64,000 bases of DNA from Sulfurimonas sp. (GTDB lineage: Bacteria; Campylobacterota; Campylobacteria; Campylobacterales; Sulfurimonadaceae). The stretch is taken from the NCBI GenBank assembly GCA_021648285.1, contig JAKITC010000006.1:10057-74056 (forward strand), read 5' to 3'. Positions 29,613-37,871 of the stretch are shown here, one piece after another (the first letter of the stretch is position 1; each line of letters begins with the position of its first letter). The translations under genes were made by a program, and so were the position numbers. Under the pieces are notes generated by a model. It was not told where the DNA came from. It did not search any database and saw only the letters and a list, made by a program, of their open reading frames with translations.

Positions 29613-29726
29613 CTTAATGAACTAGCCGAAAAGCAACTTGATAAAGATTGCGTAGATACTCTAGTACAGAATATGGATAAAGTTACTAAAATTCAAATTC
29701 AGTTTTGTGAAGATATTTATGGATAA
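29613..29726 (+). pseudogene. C-terminal stump of a probable HD-GYP phosphohydrolase gene
   Basis: Start-less frame LNELAEKQLDKDCVDTLVQNMDKVTKIQIQFCEDIYG*, resembling the HD-GYP terminal (G)x(Q/L)LDxxCV helix. Confidence 0.55.
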
Positions 29727-29745
29727 TAGTATTGACCCGACATAA

Positions 29746-29775
29746 TTTTTAATTTCCCAAAAGGGAAATTAAAAA
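29746..29775. terminator. Bidirectional intrinsic terminator
   Basis: TTTTTAATTTCCC-AAAA-GGGAAATTAAAAA perfect stem between convergent genes. Confidence 0.75.
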
Positions 29776-29776
29776 C

Positions 29777-30619
29777 TTACTTTATTTCAGATAAAAGTTT
29801 TTTGTCTGTAACAAGTTTTCTTACACCATGTGCATGGTCTTCTTTAAATACGTTACCATCAGCACACCATTTACCAACACTGTTGATATCTAGTTTAGCA
29901 CATTTAGGACGTACAGCCCATGAAACTTGGTAAGGTGAACATTTACTATCATTATAACTTGGTCCAGTAGTAGAGCCTGTAAATTCAACTGCTTTACCAG
30001 TACCTGCAGGAAGAGCTTTTGGTTGATGTAAACCATTAACTTTATTTCCATCATATGTTAAAGTATTAAAGTCTTGTGCAGAAGAATCATTAACTAAAGT
30101 AAATACTTGAGTCTCAACACGAAGATTTGGATTTGCACAACTTTTAGAAACACATGAACCTAAACCTTTACCAGGAGCAACATCGCATGAAGTAAATACC
30201 CAGTGAACTTCAATAGTATCACCTGGTACTAAATCACCATGTTTTCCTTTACAAATTTTTTCTTTAGTCGGTTTTAACTCTAACGCATTAAGATGTTTAC
30301 TCATATTACATTTATAACCGCTATCATAACCATGGTTACCTTCTCCAGCATATATTGAGAAGTCTTTTGCTTTATGCTCTGCATTTTCATGAAAGTGAAT
30401 ATTACATAAGTTCATATCTTTAGAACTCGGTGCGATAGAGAAAATACGATCATTCTCCCCGGAAAGACCATCAATATCTCTCGGAGTTTGTGGACCAAAA
30501 CCTTTACAAATACCTTCATCACCCCCGTGACTACTTTTACCATGATCACTCGCAATACAACCTACAGACAATAATCCTATTGTCAACCCCATTAAAATAC
30601 TATTTTTTATAATATTCAT
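29777..30619 (-). CDS. Delta-class carbonic anhydrase, exported
   Basis: GPQTPRDID, LCNIHFHENAEHK, GDTIEVHWVFTSC, LRVETQVF, GSTTGPSY, C-terminal HAHGVR; N-terminal signal peptide. Confidence 0.82.
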   Translation of the reverse strand: MNIIKNSILMGLTIGLLSVGCIASDHGKSSHGGDEGICKGFGPQTPRDIDGLSGENDRIFSIAPSSKDMNLCNIHFHENAEHKAKDFSIYAGEGNHGYDSGYKCNMSKHLNALELKPTKEKICKGKHGDLVPGDTIEVHWVFTSCDVAPGKGLGSCVSKSCANPNLRVETQVFTLVNDSSAQDFNTLTYDGNKVNGLHQPKALPAGTGKAVEFTGSTTGPSYNDSKCSPYQVSWAVRPKCAKLDINSVGKWCADGNVFKEDHAHGVRKLVTDKKLLSEIK

Positions 30620-30682
30620 TTAAACACCCTTTATAAGAAAATTTTATATTTGGATTATATCAATAATAAAATTAATATTAAA

Positions 30683-31357
30683 TTAATTATTTGGTTTTTT
30701 ATATTTATATCTTACGGCGTTACCAATTGGATTATTAATGCACTCTATTTGATACTCAATCATCTTATGAAAAGGATTTAAAAATTCATTAAAGTCACTA
30801 TTATTGAGACTTTCAATATCCCATCTATTTAAAAGTTCTAGCACAGTAAGTATAGACTCTATTGTAGAAAGGCAGTAATTTTGAGGTTGCTCTTTTATCT
30901 TAAACTGGGACAGCTTTGTATTATCAAAACTGATATGCTTTAACGACTCTAAATTTTTAGAGTCTCTTAGCATCTTTAGGGAACATGACCAGGTAGAGTC
31001 TATAATAAATATGGCTGTCTCTCGTTTATCTTCAGAAGTTCTATCTACATGTAGGTTTCGCTTGCTTATGTTTATCGCGTCTTTTGAGGGGTACAAGATG
31101 TAACTTTTACATGTAGAGATAATCTCATTAATTTCTTTGTGGTTTGTAAAATCTACCCCAATGAACAGTTTTGAGTTTTTTAAAGAGAGATGAGTAAGGT
31201 GTCCAGTGCCATTTTTTACTTTTTTAAACTCTTTTGGATGCATCAGCACAATAAATTTTGTTTTAGTATCTACTTGATGGATATGAGAACACATGCAAGA
31301 GCTTTTTGGTCTGTAACATTTATAACATTTTTCTCTATCACCATGAAGTGTCTGCAT
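30683..31357 (-). CDS. DTW-domain tRNA-uridine aminocarboxypropyltransferase (TapT-like)
   Basis: CYKCYRP..CMC, HPKE, IDSTW, LSTIE; start likely MQTL. Confidence 0.88.
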   Translation of the reverse strand: MQTLHGDREKCYKCYRPKSSCMCSHIHQVDTKTKFIVLMHPKEFKKVKNGTGHLTHLSLKNSKLFIGVDFTNHKEINEIISTCKSYILYPSKDAINISKRNLHVDRTSEDKRETAIFIIDSTWSCSLKMLRDSKNLESLKHISFDNTKLSQFKIKEQPQNYCLSTIESILTVLELLNRWDIESLNNSDFNEFLNPFHKMIEYQIECINNPIGNAVRYKYKKPNN

Positions 31358-31401
31358 ATCCAACCTATACTTATAATCGAACCCTCTGATTAATTCATAA
31401 G

Positions 31402-31466
31402 TTAGACTCCAAATCAAGTTTGGAGTGACGACAGTTTCGTCATTCTGGACTTGATCCAGAATCTAA
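31402..31466. repeat. REPIN-like doublet (two inverted REP-like units)
   Basis: TAGACTCCAAATCAAGTTTGGAGTGACG...CGTCATTCTGGACTTGATCCAGAATCTA. Confidence 0.8.
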
Positions 31467-31514
31467 TATCTAATTATTCAGAGAATATAATCATAATTAT
31501 ACTAAAATATCGCT

Positions 31515-32750
31515 ATGAAAAAGATTTACGATGTTATTATTATTGGTGCTGGTGCTGCGGGGATAATGGCCGCCATAACAGCAGCGCGGGAAGGAAAAAG
31601 TGTACTTCTTTTAGAAAAACTTCCTCAAATTGGAGCAAAGCTTCGTGCTACCGGTGGAGGTCGCTGCAATCTAACAAATACACTCTCAAATGAAGACTTC
31701 ATTGCTAAATTTGGACGAGGAGGACGTTTTATGCGAGATGCTCTCTCTTTATTTGATAACAAACAACTTACAAGCTTTATGAATCAGATAGGTGTTGCGA
31801 CACATGCCCCAGATGGTTTTCGTATATTTCCAACTTCACACTCCTCTTCTACTATAATTTCTGGACTTCAAAAAGAGATGGATAGAGTTGGTGTAGAAGT
31901 CATAACAAATCAACGTGTAGAAAGATTGCTTCTTGTTGGTTCAAATATAGATGGTGTGAAAACACAAGATAATTCATATAAAGCTAAAAATGTTATTGTA
32001 GCGACAGGTGGACTTGGTTACCCAGTACTTGGGGCAGAGGGAGATGGCTACACACTTGCTGAAGAGTTAGGACATAAAATCACAGAACTTTCACCTGCAA
32101 TGATGCCACTAAAAACAAAAGAAATATGGACAGAGTGTCGTGCTGATACCATTTCAAAAGTAGAACTACGTGTTTCTTTACCTAAATATAAGAAACTACG
32201 AGCAAAAGGTGATTTAATATTTACAAAAAATGGTATTCGAGGACCTGTAGTCCTTGATTTTGCACGAGAGATCACACCTCTTTTAAGTAAATATGGAGAA
32301 GTTCCTATTGTTGCAAACCTTACTAAAGGAATGAATGAAGATGATATTTTACAACATTTTAAACAAGCAAGAGTCAAAAATCCTCATGCAACGATAGAAG
32401 AAAATCTACTTCCACTTCTGGCAAGTTCAGTTATACACAAACTATGTCAAACTGTTTGTGTTGATCCCTCTATGACATTTCATAAGGTAGAGGGTAAAAA
32501 GCGTAACTTACTTATAAAAATACTTGCATCAACTCCCTTTACAATAACTGGTCATGATGGTTTTAAAATGGCAATGATTACACGAGGAGGTATAAGCCTC
32601 AAAAAAATAGACCCTAAAACAATGCAAAGTAAGATAATTAAAGGACTCTACTTTTGTGGAGAAGTAATGGATATTGATGGACCATGTGGAGGGTTCAATC
32701 TTCAATGGAGCTTTGCAAGTGGATATTTATCTGGAAAACTTCTTCCATAA
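31515..32750 (+). CDS. HI0933/YhiN family flavoprotein
   Basis: IIGAGAAG, TGGGRCNLTN, ATGG..YP, TRGG, GEVMDIDGPCGGFNLQ. Confidence 0.93.
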   Translation: MKKIYDVIIIGAGAAGIMAAITAAREGKSVLLLEKLPQIGAKLRATGGGRCNLTNTLSNEDFIAKFGRGGRFMRDALSLFDNKQLTSFMNQIGVATHAPDGFRIFPTSHSSSTIISGLQKEMDRVGVEVITNQRVERLLLVGSNIDGVKTQDNSYKAKNVIVATGGLGYPVLGAEGDGYTLAEELGHKITELSPAMMPLKTKEIWTECRADTISKVELRVSLPKYKKLRAKGDLIFTKNGIRGPVVLDFAREITPLLSKYGEVPIVANLTKGMNEDDILQHFKQARVKNPHATIEENLLPLLASSVIHKLCQTVCVDPSMTFHKVEGKKRNLLIKILASTPFTITGHDGFKMAMITRGGISLKKIDPKTMQSKIIKGLYFCGEVMDIDGPCGGFNLQWSFASGYLSGKLLP

Positions 32751-32950
32751 AACACTTAAAACTTTATATTTATAAATTACCATTTTTTAAAATTTCTACT
32801 ATCTTGTTTACTTATTAATGATACTATTTTTGAAGATATAGTTAAAAAAACAATAAGTATACTAATTGAGACAAACTCTCTATACTATTTTCTATAAAGA
32901 CCTATTTTATGGGATAAAGTTAAGATTAGTATATTTTTATAGCTAATCCC

Positions 32951-33577
32951 GAATGTCGCGCTGATACAATACCCAAGGTCCAAATTAGAATTGATATAAA
33001 AAAACATAAAAAACTCAAGGCAAGCGGAGATTTAATTTTTACAAAAAGCGGGATAAGAGGTCCTATTGTGCTTGATTTTGCAAGAGAAATAACTCCTCTG
33101 ATAGAAAAATACGGCGAGGTTCCAATACTTTTAAATCTCACAAAAGGGATGAATGAAGAGCAGTTAACCCAGCACTTGAAAAACGAATCTCTTAAAAATC
33201 CATATGTTGAAATATTGAAACATCTCTGCAGCTTGCTTCCGGAGCCTCTATCTTTAGAACTACTTCATTTAGCCGGTATTAATCCTCAAGAGGAATACTC
33301 TAAGATTTCAGGCGCACAAAAAGCAAAATTTATAAATTTACTGGCTTGGACACCACTAACTGTTACAGGGCATGACGTCTTTAAAATGGCTATGATAACA
33401 CGAGGCGGTGTCAACTTAAAAGAGATAAATCCAAAAACAATGCAAAGTAGAATTATGGACGGATTATATTTTTGCGGAGAAGTTATGAACCTTGACGGTC
33501 CATGCGGAGGTTATAACTTACAATGGTCATTTGCCAGCGGACATTTAGCTGGAGGACTTAATAGACTTCTTACATAA
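32951..33577 (+). pseudogene. 5'-truncated tandem paralog of the HI0933 flavoprotein
   Basis: Similarity starts abruptly at ECRADT (32951); N-terminal FAD-binding half absent. Confidence 0.8.
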
Positions 33578-33579
33578 CC

Positions 33580-33605
33580 TAGATTCCAAATCAAGTTTGG
33601 AATCT
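33580..33605. repeat. Single REP-like palindrome
   Basis: AGATTCCAAATCAAGTTTGGAATCT, same core as the 31402 and 36853 units. Confidence 0.75.
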
Positions 33606-33628
33606 TATTTATAAGTTATGCAAGAAGT

Positions 33629-34180
33629 CTAATAAAAGTATCTTATAGAAGCAAAACCATATACTTCAGTATCTTCTATCATTTGTACATGTGAATCTTC
33701 AACTACTCCACCAAGAGCAAAAATATTAATATCACTCTTTTTTAAAAGCTCTTTTAAATCTTCTACACCTTTTGGCTTGCCTTTACCTGGTGAATCAAAA
33801 ATCGGACTGTATGTAACAGCATCCGCTCCAAGTTTTTGTGCTTTTAGAACCTCTTTATGAGTGTGCGTACTGATTATGATTTCAAGACCAATTTCTTTGG
33901 CATGTTCAATCTCATCAAACTGATTTGAAGTTAGATGAACACCTGTAGCATTCAACTCTTTTGCCATATCTACATGTTGATGTATAAAACTTTTTATACT
34001 CTCAAACTGCGAACAAACCTCTACGAAATGGGCAGCCTGTATTGCATAGTTATGGTTAGATTTGTCTCTATAAAGAGCATAATCAGGCATATGCTTTTGC
34101 ATTTGCTCATGAAGAATATTACGAAAAATAGCCGGGGTATCTGTATAAAATTGTCTTGAAGTTATAAGATACTTTTGCAT
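33629..34180 (-). CDS. Thiamine phosphate synthase/TenI-like protein
   Basis: YRDK, GVHL, STH, YSPIF..PGK, FALGG. Confidence 0.8.
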   Translation of the reverse strand: MQKYLITSRQFYTDTPAIFRNILHEQMQKHMPDYALYRDKSNHNYAIQAAHFVEVCSQFESIKSFIHQHVDMAKELNATGVHLTSNQFDEIEHAKEIGLEIIISTHTHKEVLKAQKLGADAVTYSPIFDSPGKGKPKGVEDLKELLKKSDINIFALGGVVEDSHVQMIEDTEVYGFASIRYFY

Positions 34181-34623
34181 TATCTAAGTAGTGGGTTAGC
34201 TGATCTATTAGGAGCTATAAACTCAACATTGTCAGCTTTTTTATTTAAGCTAGATCTCTCTGCAATAGCGTTTATATGGTACTCCAAGCGATTTAGCAAG
34301 TAAAGTTCATCAGCACTGTATTTTGATTTTGACTCTCTTATAAAGTTATGCAAAAACTCTAACTTCTCTTCTTCGCTTTCAAATTTTATGCTTTTTAATA
34401 TATCCGAAACTTCATCATATTCATCTCCACACTCCGTAATAAAATCATACGATAAATCTATTGTCTTCATTGTATCAAGTGCTTTAGAGAATACAAAGTT
34501 GTTGTATAGCAGACAACCTACAAAATATTCTATATCAGAACTTTCAAATTCAGAGTATTGATGATTTTCATCACTAAAATGCTTATGCCAAATTTTTAAA
34601 ACTTTTTCTATTTTTTTATTCAT
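34180..34623 (-). CDS. Hypothetical protein
   Basis: 147-aa ORF translationally coupled to the downstream gene. Confidence 0.7.
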   Translation of the reverse strand: MNKKIEKVLKIWHKHFSDENHQYSEFESSDIEYFVGCLLYNNFVFSKALDTMKTIDLSYDFITECGDEYDEVSDILKSIKFESEEEKLEFLHNFIRESKSKYSADELYLLNRLEYHINAIAERSSLNKKADNVEFIAPNRSANPLLR

Positions 34624-34744
34624 ATACGAATTATACCCTATAGCAATTAATGTAGATATTCGTGACGCGTATGTGACACTTTTTGTTATAAGTTTTTAAC
34701 GTCTCTTCTTATAAACTGCGTTCTAGAATTTCAAGGGGTGTGTA

Positions 34745-36850
34745 ATGGTTCAAAATATTTTAAAAAGAGATGGCTCGCATAAAGAATTCTTATCATTCAA
34801 AATTGAAGATGCGATAAAAAAGGCTTTTAAATCTCAACATGTAACATATGACAGTTCAATATTTTTTAATGTATTGGAGAAACTCAAAAGTAAGAGAGTT
34901 ATGGCGGTTGAAGACATACAAGACCTAATAGAAGAAGAGCTGTATAAAGCAAGATATTATGATGTAATGAAGTCGTTTTTACTTTACCGTCATATGCATA
35001 AGATGCAAAGAGATCACCTTCTCGAAGAAGACACGACATATATAAACTCTACTCAAACTATTGAAGAGTATATTAATGGAAGTGACTGGAGAATCAAAGC
35101 GAATTCAAATACCGGCTACTCAAATGCAGGACTTGTAAATAACACGGCGGGAAAAGTTATAGCAAACTACTGGCTGGATAAAGTCTACTCTAAAGAAGAG
35201 GGCTATGCTCACAGAAATGGTGACTATCATATTCATGATTTAGATTGTCTGACTGGATATTGTGCCGGATGGAGTTTAAGAGTATTGCTTGACGAAGGTT
35301 TTAACGGTGTTAGAGGCAGAGTTGAAAGTGATGCTCCTAGACATTTTAGAGAAGCTCTTGGACAGATGGCAAACTTTTTGGGCATACTTCAAAGTGAGTG
35401 GGCCGGAGCACAAGCTTTTTCATCATTTGACACTTACTTAGCGCCTTATGTATTTCGTGACAAACTGCCATATAATGAAGTTAAAAAGGCAGTTAGAAGC
35501 TTCATTTACAATCTAAATGTTCCAGCTCGCTGGGGACAGTCTCCTTTTACAAATATTACTATTGACTGGACTGTGCCTGAGGATTTAAAAGATCAAATTC
35601 CTACATGTAAACAGAATCACCTTTTTAAGGGTTTACTTGATAGTGAACTAGAGACTCTAGCAAATGAGCGTGGTTGTAAAAGCCTTGAAGATATGACATA
35701 TAAATATTTTCAAAAAGAGATGAATCAGATAAACAAAGCTTACTATGAGGTAATGACTGAAGGTGATAAAACAGGTCAACCTTTTACTTTTCCTATTCCA
35801 ACTGTAAATATTACAGAAGATTTTGACTGGCATGGAGAGAACACTGATATTCTTTTTGAAAATACAGCAAAAATCGGTTCATCATACTTTCAAAACTTCA
35901 TAGGTTCTCAGTACAAACGAGATGCTGATGGAAACCTAATAGAAAACGAAGAAGCATATAAACCGGGACATGTAAGAAGCATGTGTTGTAGACTGCAACT
36001 TGATTTAAGAGAGTTGTTAAAACGTGGTGGTGGACTTTTTGGCAGTGCTGAAATGACAGGTAGTATCGGTGTTGTCACACTAAATATGGCTAGACTTGGA
36101 TTTTTACACAAGGGCGACAAGGAAGCACTGATGCTTCGTGTTGATCAACTTATGAATCATGCAAAAAACACTCTAGAGAAAAAAAGAGTATTTATTCAAG
36201 AGATGTATGACAGGGGTCTGTTCCCATACACAAAAAGATATCTGCCAGGTTTTAATAACCATTTCTCAACTATCGGTGTTAATGGAATAAACGAGATGAT
36301 AAGAAACTTTACCAGTGATAGTTTTGATGTTAGCTCAGAAAAAGGCATAGAGTTTGCTACTGAAATTTTAAATCATATGAGAGATAGAATGGTTGAATTT
36401 CAGGAAGAAACAGGAAATCTATACAACCTTGAAGCAACACCTGCTGAAGGCACTACATATAGATTTGCCAAAGAAGATAAGAAAAGATATGGTGATTTAA
36501 TCTTACAAGCCGGAATGGATGAGAACATCTATTATACTAACTCTTCTCAAATCCCTGTTGACTTGACTAACGATCCGTTTGAAGCACTAACACTTCAAGA
36601 TGATTTGCAGTGTAAATATACCGGTGGAACCGTTCTTCACCTTTACATGCAAGAAAAACTCAGTTCAACTGAGGCATGTAGAAAGTTAGTTAAAAATGTT
36701 ATATCAAATTTTAGACTTCCTTACATAACGGTTACACCTCTGTTTTCAGTATGTCCAAAACATGGATACATTGCCGGAGAACATGAGTTTTGCCCTAAGT
36801 GTGACGAAGAAATTTTACTAGAGGAAAATGTAGCTCTAGAAGTTTCATAA
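34745..36850 (+). CDS. nrdD: Class III anaerobic ribonucleoside-triphosphate reductase, large part (lacks glycyl-radical tail)
   Basis: ATP cone KRDG, HIHDL..GYC, AGAQA, SMCCRL, EATPAEG, YTGGT, terminal CPKHG..CPKC; no RxxGY. Confidence 0.93.
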   Translation: MVQNILKRDGSHKEFLSFKIEDAIKKAFKSQHVTYDSSIFFNVLEKLKSKRVMAVEDIQDLIEEELYKARYYDVMKSFLLYRHMHKMQRDHLLEEDTTYINSTQTIEEYINGSDWRIKANSNTGYSNAGLVNNTAGKVIANYWLDKVYSKEEGYAHRNGDYHIHDLDCLTGYCAGWSLRVLLDEGFNGVRGRVESDAPRHFREALGQMANFLGILQSEWAGAQAFSSFDTYLAPYVFRDKLPYNEVKKAVRSFIYNLNVPARWGQSPFTNITIDWTVPEDLKDQIPTCKQNHLFKGLLDSELETLANERGCKSLEDMTYKYFQKEMNQINKAYYEVMTEGDKTGQPFTFPIPTVNITEDFDWHGENTDILFENTAKIGSSYFQNFIGSQYKRDADGNLIENEEAYKPGHVRSMCCRLQLDLRELLKRGGGLFGSAEMTGSIGVVTLNMARLGFLHKGDKEALMLRVDQLMNHAKNTLEKKRVFIQEMYDRGLFPYTKRYLPGFNNHFSTIGVNGINEMIRNFTSDSFDVSSEKGIEFATEILNHMRDRMVEFQEETGNLYNLEATPAEGTTYRFAKEDKKRYGDLILQAGMDENIYYTNSSQIPVDLTNDPFEALTLQDDLQCKYTGGTVLHLYMQEKLSSTEACRKLVKNVISNFRLPYITVTPLFSVCPKHGYIAGEHEFCPKCDEEILLEENVALEVS

Positions 36851-36852
36851 AC

Positions 36853-36926
36853 TAGATTCCAAATCAAGTTTGGAATGACGATAACAATATAAGAAGTCGT
36901 CATTCTGAACTTGATTCAGAATCTAA
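36853..36926. repeat. REPIN-like doublet between the two nrdD parts
   Basis: TAGATTCCAAATCAAGTTTGGAATGACG...CGTCATTCTGAACTTGATTCAGAATCTA. Confidence 0.82.
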
Positions 36927-36944
36927 CCCAAAAGGAATAAAAAG

Positions 36945-37100
36945 ATGAGTAAAAATGAAGCATTAAATCTACATTCAGACAAAAGACAAAAATGTACCGT
37001 GTATACAAGAGTTATGGGTTATCATAGACCTGTGGAAAGTTTTAATGTAGGAAAAACTGGTGAACATAAGCAAAGACGTCAATTCACTGAGTCATGCTGA
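36945..37100 (+). CDS. nrdD: Stand-alone NrdD glycyl-radical domain (51 aa)
   Basis: Not in track; RBS AAAGGA; MSKNEALNLHSDKRQKCTVYTRVMGYHRPVESFNVGKTGEHKQRRQFTESC*. Confidence 0.9.
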   Translation: MSKNEALNLHSDKRQKCTVYTRVMGYHRPVESFNVGKTGEHKQRRQFTESC

Positions 37101-37160
37101 CTCAGTCCTGCCAAAGGCAGGCTTTAGTACCTGAATATAATATGGACTTGTTCATATAAT

Positions 37161-37850
37161 ATGAGCTTTAAAAATGGCACTGCTAAAGTAATATATGATT
37201 TAACAGCATTCACTCACTTAGACTACCCTGATCATCTGGCATGTATAGTGTGGTTTAGTGGGTGTAATATGCGGTGCGATTATTGTTATAACAAGGATAT
37301 TGTATTTGCTAAAGATGGTAAATATAGTTATAACGATATTTTAACTTTTTTAAAAAGTAGAAAAAACCTTTTAGACGCTGTTGTACTCTCAGGCGGTGAA
37401 GCAAGTTCATATGACTTGGTGGAATTTTGTCAAGAGATAAAAAAACTTGGTTTTAAAATAAAGCTAGACACTAATGGAACAAATTTCTTACATGTAAAAG
37501 AGTTAATAGAACTAAACCTACTGGACTTTGTAGCACTTGATTATAAAGCACCAAAAGATAAATTCACACAAATCACACACTCAAATAATTATAATGATTT
37601 TTTAAAAACACTGGATATGCTCATAGATGTTGATATGGATTTTGAAGCAAGAACCACTATTCATAACGATTTACTACATGTAGAAGATATTAATGAAATC
37701 ATGAAAGAGCTAAAACAAAAAGGTTATAAAAATAAATACTATTTGCAAAGCTTCTTAGATACCGGAACCAATATAGCAGGCATAGGAGCTCCTACAAAAA
37801 GATTTGACAAATCACTTCTAAGTAATGACTTAGAAATAGTTTGGAGATAA
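37161..37850 (+). CDS. nrdG: Anaerobic RNR activating radical SAM enzyme
   Basis: DYPDHLAC, GCNMRCDYCYN, SGGE, KLDTNG. Confidence 0.93.
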   Translation: MSFKNGTAKVIYDLTAFTHLDYPDHLACIVWFSGCNMRCDYCYNKDIVFAKDGKYSYNDILTFLKSRKNLLDAVVLSGGEASSYDLVEFCQEIKKLGFKIKLDTNGTNFLHVKELIELNLLDFVALDYKAPKDKFTQITHSNNYNDFLKTLDMLIDVDMDFEARTTIHNDLLHVEDINEIMKELKQKGYKNKYYLQSFLDTGTNIAGIGAPTKRFDKSLLSNDLEIVWR

Positions 37851-37871
37851 CAGTACCAACCCCTACAAAAT

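Noticed and set aside
31451-31693. 80-aa Cys-rich ORF
   Set aside because: An alternate frame over the GAGAAG motif of the HI0933 gene, starting inside a repeat
31402-36926. REP-like doublets as integron attC sites
   Set aside because: Each is two self-palindromic inverted units; they sit beside core genes, and the tyrosine recombinase lacks the IntI-specific insertion
36850-36945. Programmed frameshift or read-through joining the two nrdD parts
   Set aside because: The gap has stop codons and a repeat, and the mini-ORF has its own SD and ATG
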